A stretch of 24,129 nucleotides of DNA from a virus (taxonomy: Duplodnaviria; Caudoviricetes): positions 1-24,129 of the IMG/VR virus record IMGVR_UViG_3300044490_000127; one strand, 5' to 3'. The notes beneath the pieces were generated by a model. It saw only the letters and a list, made by a program, of their open reading frames with translations. It was not told where the DNA came from and made no database searches. Positions 1-7,962 of this stretch are shown piece by piece. Both the position numbers and the translations under genes were made by a program. How positions within the stretch are numbered: position 1 is the first letter of the stretch; each line of letters opens with the position of its first letter.

Positions 1-86
1 GTCATCACCTCGCTAATTCGTGCCCATACTGCTGCAACTGCAAGAATGGTCATGATTAAAGAACCGCTAATAATTTCTAGAGTCAT
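1..86 (-). CDS. small hydrophobic protein, runs off the left edge (MTLEIISGSLIMTILAVAAVWARISEVM...)
   Basis: Translated by hand; not in the ORF track. The ATG at 86 has AGGAG upstream and lies 2 nt after the stop of the TraR-like gene. One TM-like stretch. Confidence 0.55.
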   Translation of the reverse strand, partial: MTLEIISGSLIMTILAVAAVWARISEVM

Positions 87-88
87 AG

Positions 89-301
89 CTATCTCCTGAA
101 GTGTTTAGAGTCACTTTCAACTGCGGTTTGACAGTCAATGCAAAGTTTGACGTTGCCCAATGCACGACGACGTTCTGGAATTTCGTTTCCACAGTTCATA
201 CATTCGTGTTCACTTTCACCATCAAAGGTTTGTCGATTTGAAAGGGTTTGCTGAATACGTTCTTCAGCAATGCCTTCCGCTACATCTGCAAAATCAACCA
301 T
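89..301 (-). CDS. TraR/DksA-family C4 zinc finger protein
   Basis: CMNCGNEIPERRRALGNVKLCIDCQ zinc finger, N-terminal DFADVA (DxxDxA) motif, GGAGG RBS. Confidence 0.9.
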   Translation of the reverse strand: MVDFADVAEGIAEERIQQTLSNRQTFDGESEHECMNCGNEIPERRRALGNVKLCIDCQTAVESDSKHFRR

Positions 302-392
302 TGCAACCTCCTAATACAGCCATCACGACAGCAACCGAAAAGGCCCAAAGCGTAAAGCTCACAGTGAGTACATTTTTTAAATTAAAATTCAT
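294..392 (-). CDS. 32-aa membrane peptide MNFNLKNVLTVSFTLWAFSVAVVMAVLGGCNG
   Basis: Translated by hand. It fills the gap between the ATPase stop (396) and the TraR-like start (8-nt overlap), has a single hydrophobic helix, and has GGGGG upstream of the ATG. Confidence 0.6.
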   Translation of the reverse strand: MNFNLKNVLTVSFTLWAFSVAVVMAVLGGCNG

Positions 393-395
393 GAC

Positions 396-1673
396 TTAAA
401 CCCCCATCACGATGTCGCGTGTGATAACGTCCTCGCCAATTTCCGCTGCGAGGTTCATTGAACTGGTAATTAAGTTGCCAATGGCAAGTGGATATAAAAG
501 TGAGCGTGTGGTTTTGCCAGCGCTATTGATATGAGTTAGGCGATCTACAATTGCTTGAATGCCGTCCTCAGTGATGATCGACTCCAGCTTTTTATCAACG
601 CTTTTAACTCGGTGTTGTAAGTACTCAACTAATGAAGTGTTTGTTAAAGGGTCAAGTGTTACGCTCTCACAGCGCTGTACAACCTCACGAACTGCGGGGT
701 TACGCTCACTTAATTTATTTGCAAGTTCTGGCTGACCTATTAAGACGATTCCGATAAGTTTTTTGTAGCCGTCTTCTAATTCAAAGAAACGCTTTAACTG
801 TTTAAGAGTAGCGATTGGCAAGCTGTGAGCTTCTTCAATTATCAATAAATGGCTATAACCAGCTTCGCTTGAATTTTTTAAAATCGTATGGACTTGGCGA
901 AAACGACCCTCGGCAGATATACGCGGTTTTTCTTGACCAGCACTGACCGTATTAATAATTGCTTCAGCAATATGGCTTGATTTAAGCGTCTTACCTTTAA
1001 TGTCATTATCTTCAGTTGCAATGACATATGGTTCGATAACCAAAATTGGTAATTTTTCACGACGAATACGGTCTTGAAGGTCGCGTCGTAAAGTCGATTT
1101 ACCTGAACCTGACTCACCTGAAATGGCAATGAATCCGCCATGTTTAGCTGTCTGATATAAGGCTTGACGCACATAGTTAATGTCGCTATTCAAGAATAGT
1201 TCTTCAACTGCACGAACTTCATTTGTGAAAGGGTTATCAAACAAGCCAAAATGTTTTTTAGCTTGTTGAGTCAACGACTGTTTTGCGAGCAACATGGCTT
1301 GTTCGTCCTCATTTAAAAGTTCATTAATTTGTTTGTTTCCGTGACGCGCCACTAAAGCGCGATACACGTGATCAAGTTCTCTTTCACTTGCTGCTTCAGA
1401 GCCAAGTCTTTCGAGAAGTGTTTTTTGTGGTGGTGCATCAAACATTTCGTTGAATGCGTTGTCGATTTCTAACTCGCTAATCTTTGCGTTGACCAAGAAC
1501 TCTCTAAAACGGGCTTTCACAAAATCAGTATTCTTCTTCGGCCATCTCAGGCAGTTGATGATGATGTTGATCGATGACGGGCTTAGCTGTACGTAACGAG
1601 CTAAGTCGGCTTGTATAATTCCGTTGTCTAAAATTAGATCCTTGAGTTTTGTCGAGCAGTCTTGTTGTTTCAT
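396..1673 (-). CDS. MuB-like transposition ATPase (ExeA-like AAA) with N-terminal XRE HTH
   Basis: Walker A GESGSGKS, Walker B LLIIEEAH, LIGQPEL motif, HTH-like QADLARYVQLSPSSI; directly downstream of the transposase. Confidence 0.9.
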   Translation of the reverse strand: MKQQDCSTKLKDLILDNGIIQADLARYVQLSPSSINIIINCLRWPKKNTDFVKARFREFLVNAKISELEIDNAFNEMFDAPPQKTLLERLGSEAASERELDHVYRALVARHGNKQINELLNEDEQAMLLAKQSLTQQAKKHFGLFDNPFTNEVRAVEELFLNSDINYVRQALYQTAKHGGFIAISGESGSGKSTLRRDLQDRIRREKLPILVIEPYVIATEDNDIKGKTLKSSHIAEAIINTVSAGQEKPRISAEGRFRQVHTILKNSSEAGYSHLLIIEEAHSLPIATLKQLKRFFELEDGYKKLIGIVLIGQPELANKLSERNPAVREVVQRCESVTLDPLTNTSLVEYLQHRVKSVDKKLESIITEDGIQAIVDRLTHINSAGKTTRSLLYPLAIGNLITSSMNLAAEIGEDVITRDIVMGV

Positions 1674-1682
1674 GGTTGCTCC

Positions 1683-3434
1683 TTAACCGACAACGCGAAG
1701 TTGTGGTCGTTGTTGTGGAAGTTCTTGTTCAGCCTTGATTGCTTCAGCAATTTCACGTACTGCATCGGCAGGGACTAAACCATCTGGATAAGATTTTTTG
1801 AGGGCTTTGTAGTGATCTGTGGTCCACAGGTCACCGATTAAGCCTCGAATTTCTTTTGCAGCTTCTACTGCTGAAATTGGTGCAGATTCACGACGTTGTT
1901 TTGGTGTAGTGACTTGCTCACCAGCACGCTTGATGTAGGTCGGAACTTCAACCGCAGCAACATCGGCCATAGCATTGAGCTGACCTTCATACGCTGGTTT
2001 CTTCTTGGCAATTGCTTTATCAACTTGCTCCAGCGTTTCAGCGCCATAAGCGTTCTTGAGGATGCGTTTGCGGTTTTCATCAATTGCGCTCTGTGGCATT
2101 GCTTTGATTTCTTCACCGATTACAGCTGCATCATTTCCAAAACCAACCCAATCAACCTGCAACGGCTCACATGTGAAAATGACTTCATTGCCGTGCTGAT
2201 CTTTGGTTAATACATCGATGCATGGCGCACGGTATGGATTCACTACAATCTGCAACTTGGCTTTCGGGTAAACCCCATCAACATGACGAACGTCATAGTC
2301 TTGTGAGCCATAGCCTTGAATGGCATGACTAACTGTAAGATTGGCTTTAACTGTTTTTTCAACTGGTACTGTGCTGATAAGCTCTCGGCATAATTCCATT
2401 GGTGGAGCAAAGCGTAATTGTTCAGGCTTAATCGTTTGCCAAACTGCATTACGGCTGCGCTTAGTACGGCTATGAATTTTGGTTTCATTCCAAAACATGC
2501 GCCAATCCGCTGCTTTTGCATTTAACTCTTGGATATTGTTGATCTGCATGAAACGCAGACGGCCTTCAAACTGTGTTTCAACAATATTTTGAGCGTTTTC
2601 AACTTGGCCTTTTGCTTGTGAATTACCAGTTGCATGGGGTATGAAAGTTACATCTAAACGCTCAAGTAAATTCCTGAATAATCCACTAGTGTTTGCACAA
2701 CCTTTGTCTGTGTAGAGGATGTTTGGAACACCGTGCATTGGTTCTTTATCAGAGCGTTTTTGAATACCGTTTAAGAAAATCTCAATTAAGTTTTCAGAGC
2801 TTTCACTTCCGTACACGTACTCAACATAAATTGAGCCTGAGAAGTGATCGGTCATGACATAACGAATCACACGATCATTTTCGATTCTCTTCACGTTGGC
2901 TGGCTTGTTCTTGTAGAACTTCTTCTCATCCATCACTTGCATACCGCCTTTAGGCAGGTAGAACAAAACACAGATAGACGCATCGACTTGCCAAACGTGG
3001 TTTGGGTGTAACGATTTTTGCTGTGTATGTGCCGATGGTGTTGCAAGTTGTTTGGGGTGGCACATGTTTTGTTTCATGATGCGACCAACGGTTGCTGCTG
3101 ATACTTTTGGTGCTTTACCATCTGCAATCAACATTTCCAGTGCCGTTGTCACAGGTAAAGTTTTTTTGCCATTGGCGCGTGTTGCCACATGCACCATGCC
3201 ACCAATCATTTCTGCGACTTCAGTCGGCACAACTGTTTTGCCTTTATCAGAGCGCTGTTTACGTTCAGATTTAAAACCTACTTTTTCAAGTTCACGGTAA
3301 AGTTGCGGTTTGCTAAGACTTAAAAAGTCACATGCGGTTTTTACAATCGCAGCTTTTCCACCAAACTCAGCAGCAGTAAGTTTGGCTGCAATCTCACGCA
3401 AATAATCTTGTTTTGCTAAGTTTGGATTTGTCAT
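1683..3434 (-). CDS. Mu-like DDE transposase (transposase A)
   Basis: WQVDAS, YTDKG and KGQVE supply the DDE triad of an integrase-like core; paired with the AAA ATPase. Confidence 0.92.
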   Translation of the reverse strand: MTNPNLAKQDYLREIAAKLTAAEFGGKAAIVKTACDFLSLSKPQLYRELEKVGFKSERKQRSDKGKTVVPTEVAEMIGGMVHVATRANGKKTLPVTTALEMLIADGKAPKVSAATVGRIMKQNMCHPKQLATPSAHTQQKSLHPNHVWQVDASICVLFYLPKGGMQVMDEKKFYKNKPANVKRIENDRVIRYVMTDHFSGSIYVEYVYGSESSENLIEIFLNGIQKRSDKEPMHGVPNILYTDKGCANTSGLFRNLLERLDVTFIPHATGNSQAKGQVENAQNIVETQFEGRLRFMQINNIQELNAKAADWRMFWNETKIHSRTKRSRNAVWQTIKPEQLRFAPPMELCRELISTVPVEKTVKANLTVSHAIQGYGSQDYDVRHVDGVYPKAKLQIVVNPYRAPCIDVLTKDQHGNEVIFTCEPLQVDWVGFGNDAAVIGEEIKAMPQSAIDENRKRILKNAYGAETLEQVDKAIAKKKPAYEGQLNAMADVAAVEVPTYIKRAGEQVTTPKQRRESAPISAVEAAKEIRGLIGDLWTTDHYKALKKSYPDGLVPADAVREIAEAIKAEQELPQQRPQLRVVG

Positions 3435-3436
3435 GA

Positions 3437-4321
3437 TTACTGCTCCACGTTTGTTGCATCAAATGCAGCAGCGTCTTGATCCGCAGGTAACCATGCTGGG
3501 TTCACCATCGTTTCAAAATCAATTTGAATTCCTAGCTCAACACTAGTTTGTGCAATCTGTTGAAATGCGCTGATAACGAGGGCTTCAAGTTGTTCTTGGA
3601 TGTTGTAAAGGCCATGCTCATTGATTGTGTCTAAAACTGAGTTGACCGTATTTTTAAAACGCACTGTGTCGTTGTGCATTGTTAAACATGCGGTGTTGGC
3701 TTCTTCTAAAGCTTTAGCTGCAATTAGTTGTTCTTCAGATTCAGCACGCTTTTTAATTTGAACTGGACTCTGAAGCTTTGTGAGCTTTGCATCTAGTTCA
3801 TTAATCTTTTGGTCTTTCTTTTGGAGGAGTAAGTCACCAGCTTCTTTGTCAGCTTTAATTTTGCGAAGTTCATCTTTTAATTCGCGTACTGACATAGTTT
3901 CAATGCTGTCTAATGAAACCTCACCAATGCTTCCACCTTGTTCGATGACTTGTATTTCATCGTCATCTAGCGTTACAAGCTCAAGCAACTTTGTTTGATT
4001 TCCAGCTTTCTGCAAAAGCGAACTCGAATTCGTTTTTGAGAATTTCAACACCGCTGACATGAATTTTTGTGCCATGCGTGGAGTGAAGTTCAACATCTCA
4101 ACACGCTTATTAAACTCACCATGCGGTGTAATTTCTTTTAAGATTAATAAGCGCTTGCCAAGCTCCATCACTGCTTCAACAGTACGTTGTTGGAAAAAGC
4201 GAATTTCATCTTCCAATGCCCCTACAGTTAAAGCCCCTTCATAACCAAGTTGCGTTGCTAAACCTGCAACAGCCTTTGTATGATTTTGAATTTCAACTTC
4301 AGTGATTACTTCATTACTCAT
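3437..4321 (-). CDS. DUF3102-like phage protein with C-terminal coiled coil
   Basis: ELGKRLLILKEITPHGEF...RMAQKFM motif typical of DUF3102 proteins found upstream of transposases in B3-like phages. Confidence 0.7.
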   Translation of the reverse strand: MSNEVITEVEIQNHTKAVAGLATQLGYEGALTVGALEDEIRFFQQRTVEAVMELGKRLLILKEITPHGEFNKRVEMLNFTPRMAQKFMSAVLKFSKTNSSSLLQKAGNQTKLLELVTLDDDEIQVIEQGGSIGEVSLDSIETMSVRELKDELRKIKADKEAGDLLLQKKDQKINELDAKLTKLQSPVQIKKRAESEEQLIAAKALEEANTACLTMHNDTVRFKNTVNSVLDTINEHGLYNIQEQLEALVISAFQQIAQTSVELGIQIDFETMVNPAWLPADQDAAAFDATNVEQ

Positions 4322-4333
4322 AGTGAACCCTTA

Positions 4334-4630
4334 TTAAAACTGTGTGTTAAGACGTTGGTTGTATTCATTAATACGTGCTTGAACACGGTCACATTCTTCT
4401 TTACACGCTGTTGCAAATTTGACCGTCTTCACACTTGGGGCATAGTTGCCGTTGTCACGTTTTTCTACCCAACCATCCGCTTCAAGGGTTTGGAGTGCGC
4501 GAGTAATAAATACAGGTGTTTCTTTTAAGCTTTCAGAAAGCTGTTTATTGCTAAGGCCGAAAACGTAATGACCTCGCAGCGCGAATAAAACGCGTAGAAC
4601 TTTCACGGCTGATTTATTTGTTGAACTCAT
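4334..4630 (-). CDS. IclR-like HTH DNA-binding protein
   Basis: KVLRVLFALRG...LSNKQLSESL...ITRALQTLEADGWVEK. Start moved to ATG 4630 because GGAG is correctly spaced for it. Confidence 0.8.
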   Translation of the reverse strand: MSSTNKSAVKVLRVLFALRGHYVFGLSNKQLSESLKETPVFITRALQTLEADGWVEKRDNGNYAPSVKTVKFATACKEECDRVQARINEYNQRLNTQF

Positions 4631-4781
4631 GCCCATCTCCTTGAGTGAACTTGATTGACATTAGTTGCTGTTTAAGCTCTTCGTTATCCTGTTCAGCGAA
4701 GAACCATTGGACATAACCGAATGTCGTTACGAAGATGATTAGGTAACGAAATGCAATACTTCCTGATTGTTTTTGTCTCAT
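4614..4781 (-). CDS. small membrane protein, hypothetical
   Basis: ATG 4781 preceded by GGGGAAAGAG; TM segment YLIIFVTTFGYVQWFFA; overlaps the next gene. Confidence 0.6.
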   Translation of the reverse strand: MRQKQSGSIAFRYLIIFVTTFGYVQWFFAEQDNEELKQQLMSIKFTQGDGHEFNK

Positions 4782-4792
4782 CTCTTTCCCCG

Positions 4793-4820
4793 TGTGCAAA
4801 AATGTGCGAATATGTGCAAA
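4793..4820. repeat. three direct repeats TGTGC(A/G)AA with 10-bp period
   Basis: TGTGC at 4793, 4803 and 4813 in the gap after the Ner-like gene. Confidence 0.6.
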
Positions 4821-4824
4821 GTAA

Positions 4825-5031
4825 CTAAACAGTGACTTTCTGTTTTGGTTCTGGTTTTAGGCCGAGGGCAACGGCAATCTTATGGGCACGTCCAAAGTTT
4901 CCTTTAGATTGACCGTTGAGTACTTTGTAAACTTCTTGTGGGGTGAAACCTTTACTTTCAGCCCATGATGAAACAGGAATGCCTTGTTGGATAAATTCCT
5001 GTTTTACTTCTTCGGCAGTTTTTAGGTGCAT
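4825..5031 (-). CDS. Ner/Cro-like DNA-binding protein (BcepMu gp16-like)
   Basis: GIPVSSWAESKGF...VYKVLNG...GRAHKIAVALGLK signature; first early gene, divergent from the repressor. Confidence 0.85.
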   Translation of the reverse strand: MHLKTAEEVKQEFIQQGIPVSSWAESKGFTPQEVYKVLNGQSKGNFGRAHKIAVALGLKPEPKQKVTV

Positions 5032-5083
5032 ATTTAGTTTCCCTTGTGTGGCTAAAGTTGCATTAAGTAGAACTTATAGCACC

Positions 5084-5112
5084 ACATTAGTAACTATTTA
5101 GTTACTTGTCAA
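5084..5112 (-). promoter_or_regulatory. sigma70 early promoter (leftward), TTGACA-N17-TAATGT
   Basis: Reverse complement of 5107-5112 is TTGACA and of 5084-5089 is TAATGT, with an exact 17-nt spacer, upstream of the Ner-like gene. Confidence 0.75.
5089..5106. promoter_or_regulatory. putative repressor operator AGTAACTA-TT-TAGTTACT
   Basis: Perfect 8-bp inverted repeat filling the spacer of the early promoter. Confidence 0.65.
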
Positions 5113-5131
5113 TATTATTGGAGTGTTTTTT

Positions 5132-5779
5132 GTGACTATTGGAGCAAGACTTAAAGAAGAGCGTGAGCGACTGGGTTATACGCAACCAGTTTTTGCTGAG
5201 TTAGCAGGCACTACCAAGAAAAGTCAGATAGATTACGAGAAAGATTTAACGCAGCCTAAAGCTGGTTATTTAGCTGCAATTGCAGAAGTTGGCGCTGATA
5301 TTGGCTACATTGTGACTGGCAGAAAAGCCAATCAGTCACTAAATAGTGACTTTGCTTGTGAGTTTGATTTAGTCAACGTTTATGATGTTTCTGTGTCTGC
5401 TGGTGATGGTGCAGTTTGTTTGGGTGAAACAGAACCTGCTAGTCGATTGGCATTTAGAAAAGACTGGCTTTCAAGACATGGGTTTTATGCAAAGGACTTA
5501 GTCATCGTTTATGCAAAAGGCGATTCTATGGAGCCAACTATTCATGACAAAGAGCCGTTATTAATCAATACAATTGATAAAGAACTTACAGATGGATTTA
5601 TTTACGTTGTGAGAAATCAAGAGAATTTCTGGGTCAAACGTGTGCAACGTCAATTTAATGAATTGTTATTGTTGTCAGATAATGAAAAGTATCTGCCAAT
5701 GAAACTCGATTTAAATGAATCGACAGATATTGAAATTATTGGCAGATGGATACCACCAAGTCGCGGGACTTTTTACTGA
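5132..5779 (+). CDS. phage repressor, XRE HTH plus S24 peptidase (CI/LexA-like)
   Basis: IGARLKEERERLGYTQ HTH; VSAGDG cleavage site, GDSMEP serine, VKR lysine. GTG 5132 follows GGAG at 5120-5123; GTG 5123 is an alternative start. Confidence 0.92.
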   Translation: MTIGARLKEERERLGYTQPVFAELAGTTKKSQIDYEKDLTQPKAGYLAAIAEVGADIGYIVTGRKANQSLNSDFACEFDLVNVYDVSVSAGDGAVCLGETEPASRLAFRKDWLSRHGFYAKDLVIVYAKGDSMEPTIHDKEPLLINTIDKELTDGFIYVVRNQENFWVKRVQRQFNELLLLSDNEKYLPMKLDLNESTDIEIIGRWIPPSRGTFY

Positions 5780-5780
5780 T

Positions 5781-6335
5781 ATGAAAAAGTTAATTAGTGT
5801 TGTTGGATTATTATTATTAGCTGGTTGCTCTACGCAAAAACAACCACAGTCAGAACCTCCTTATGTGAAACAAAACTATAGTGAATCTGACCCAGCTGCA
5901 AAGTTGAGTGTTTCCCAATTTGCTAACGTGGTTAAAAGTATTTATCCAGCTTACCAAATCAGCCATTCAAACGATGGTGGTGAAGTAAAGTTTTTACCAA
6001 ATGATGTCAAAGCAGATACTAAATTTGTGCCAAATAATAATTGGTACAGCATTAAAATTATCAAAGAACCAAACACAGAAAACTGGAAAGGTTTAGTTGT
6101 TGAAGTTTTTAATAAAGAATCTTTTGAACAGTCAAAGGCTGTGGCTGCAAAAGACTGTCAAAAGATTTTTGGAAATATTGACAACCGAGTTCCTGCTGTT
6201 CTTTATGACCTTGAAAACCATTTAAATCAAGGCTCAAAAACATCAATTTCAAGCCATCAGTATGGATATACTTTTCAGTTAGATGCAAGTCACTACAAAG
6301 AAGGTTATCCAGTAACTTGTATGGTAAATATCTAG
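5781..6335 (+). CDS. lipoprotein of unknown function, coupled to the repressor
   Basis: MKKLISVVGLLLLAG|C signal peptide with LAGC lipobox; ATG 1 nt after the repressor stop. Confidence 0.85.
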   Translation: MKKLISVVGLLLLAGCSTQKQPQSEPPYVKQNYSESDPAAKLSVSQFANVVKSIYPAYQISHSNDGGEVKFLPNDVKADTKFVPNNNWYSIKIIKEPNTENWKGLVVEVFNKESFEQSKAVAAKDCQKIFGNIDNRVPAVLYDLENHLNQGSKTSISSHQYGYTFQLDASHYKEGYPVTCMVNI

Positions 6336-6346
6336 ATTCTTAAACT

Positions 6347-6394
6347 GAGCGGAAGCATTTCCGCCTGATAAAAATATAGTTCAGATAGCAACAT
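6347..6394 (+). promoter_or_regulatory. putative activator-dependent late promoter 1 (lysis)
   Basis: GAGCGGAAGCATTTCCGCCTGAT followed by -10-like CAACAT at 6389. Confidence 0.7.
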
Positions 6395-6396
6395 AG

Positions 6397-6421
6397 CCTC
6401 ATCATTTGATGAGGTTTTTTT
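6397..6421 (+). terminator. intrinsic terminator-like hairpin that also covers the endolysin RBS
   Basis: CCTCATCA-TT-TGATGAGG followed by T7 and then the ATG at 6422. Confidence 0.65.
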
Positions 6422-6922
6422 ATGTCTATCACTTTTGATGAAGTGTTTGAACGGACTATTGGTCATGAAGGTGGCTATGTAAATAATCCTAAAGACCCTG
6501 GTGGGGAAACCAATTGGGGTATCACAATAAAAACAGCGCGAGAAAATGGTTATACAGGCTCTATGAAAAGCATGTCTCGTCTACAAGCTAAAGAAATTTA
6601 CCGCGTAGCTTTTTGGAATCGTGCTAAGTGTGATCAATATACTGGAGCTATTAGCTATCAGATTTTTGATGCAGCTGTTAATCATGGCATTGGCAATGCC
6701 ATTCGTATGCTTCAACGTGCAGTCGGTGTTTTGGATGATGGTGTGGTTGGTGATAAGACATTAGGTGCTATTAAGAAAATGACACTTGATGATGTACTCA
6801 TTTTATTCATTGCTGAGCGTCTTGAGTTTTATACCAAGCTTTCAACATTCAATAGCTTTGGTCGTGGCTGGGCGCGTCGAGTGGTTGGCAATCTCCGTTA
6901 TGCTGCTGGAGATACGCCATGA
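6422..6922 (+). CDS. endolysin, glycosyl hydrolase family 108 with C-terminal peptidoglycan-binding domain
   Basis: HEGGYVNNPKDPGGETNWGIT, FDAAVNHG and FGRGWARR motifs. Confidence 0.93.
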   Translation: MSITFDEVFERTIGHEGGYVNNPKDPGGETNWGITIKTARENGYTGSMKSMSRLQAKEIYRVAFWNRAKCDQYTGAISYQIFDAAVNHGIGNAIRMLQRAVGVLDDGVVGDKTLGAIKKMTLDDVLILFIAERLEFYTKLSTFNSFGRGWARRVVGNLRYAAGDTP

Positions 6923-7305
6923 ATAAAAAATATAGTGTTTCTCCTCAAGAGCTTTCTCGTCGTTTACGACAACAAAAGAAAGAACTTTTAGCGAACAATC
7001 CTAAGAAAATTATTGAACCTCAATATATTCAAAGTGTTCATGGCTCTACCATGCAGTTTGGGGTCTTGGTACACAATTGGCGTACAGGTTGGAAATGGTT
7101 TAGTAACGTTGCCTTTGCTGGCATCGTGGCAGTTCAAACTTTTTATGACACATTGCCACCTGAATTAATTGCAACATTACCAGCAGATGCACAATCCAAA
7201 ATAACTTTAGGCTTGGCTGTTTTGGGGCTTATTGGTCGTTTTATTAATCAGACTAAACCAAAGCCTTTACCACCTGCATCCGAAACGATTAAGGAGGATG
7301 CATGA
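6919..7305 (+). CDS. putative holin
   Basis: Follows the endolysin with an ATGA overlap; NWRTGWKWFS motif and two hydrophobic segments. Confidence 0.65.
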   Translation: MNKKYSVSPQELSRRLRQQKKELLANNPKKIIEPQYIQSVHGSTMQFGVLVHNWRTGWKWFSNVAFAGIVAVQTFYDTLPPELIATLPADAQSKITLGLAVLGLIGRFINQTKPKPLPPASETIKEDA

Positions 7306-7643
7306 CCATACAACTTGAGCCTTATCAAATATTTATCATTCTTTCGACTGTCATTAGTACAGTCTGGGGGATGTTTAAACTGTTAGGCAATCAAATTAGT
7401 AATAGTATTCAGCAGAATTTTGAATCAACAAATCAAAAAATTGAAGAAGTGTCTCGTCAACACTTGAAGGGACAAGAAGATTTACGAAAGCTTGAACGTG
7501 AGTTTCTTCAGTTCCAAGCCGATATGCCATTTCGCTACATTGCCCGTGATGACTATATTCGCGGTCAAACTATTATTGAAGCCAAGCTGGACGCTGTAGC
7601 TCAAAAGCTTGAAAAAGTACAGATTAAACAGGGGTTAGAATAA
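7302..7643 (+). CDS. membrane-anchored coiled-coil protein (Mu gp25-like position)
   Basis: N-terminal TM segment followed by coiled coil; synteny. Confidence 0.6.
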   Translation: MTIQLEPYQIFIILSTVISTVWGMFKLLGNQISNSIQQNFESTNQKIEEVSRQHLKGQEDLRKLEREFLQFQADMPFRYIARDDYIRGQTIIEAKLDAVAQKLEKVQIKQGLE

Positions 7644-7954
7644 TGTCTTTTGATATGCAAAAAATTCGTCGTGAAGGCATGCGTTGGCATTTGCTGAATG
7701 CATTAGATAAAGCACGCCCTTTAGGTGCATTGGATACTTTATTGCTTGATGTAATGCGTGCCTTGTATCCCGATACGACCCCACAAGAATTACATGTTCA
7801 ATTGGACTATTTGGAAGAGCGTAAGCTGGTTGAAATTAAAAAGCAGCCTGATGGTCATTGGCATGCAAAGCTAGATCGTTTGGGCATTGATATTGTGGAG
7901 TACACAATTGATTGCCAAGCTGGTATTGCCCGTCCAGAAAAATACTGGAACTGA
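7643..7954 (+). CDS. Mu gp26-like winged-helix protein
   Basis: ELHVQLDYLEERKLV...LDRLGIDIVE; located just before the small terminase. Confidence 0.65.
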   Translation: MSFDMQKIRREGMRWHLLNALDKARPLGALDTLLLDVMRALYPDTTPQELHVQLDYLEERKLVEIKKQPDGHWHAKLDRLGIDIVEYTIDCQAGIARPEKYWN

Positions 7955-7962
7955 GGTGACAC

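Noticed and set aside
1683-3434. Transposase plus ATPase as a stand-alone IS21 or Tn7-like element
   Set aside because: They are embedded in a phage early operon with no flanking inverted repeats, which matches MuA/MuB organisation.
160-4528. Short plus-strand and alternate-frame ORFs within the early operon
   Set aside because: They are shadows of long, motif-supported genes and have no recognisable motifs.
5715-5780. Longer start for the lipoprotein
   Set aside because: It overlaps the repressor and would bury the signal peptide; ATG 5781 gives a canonical signal peptide.
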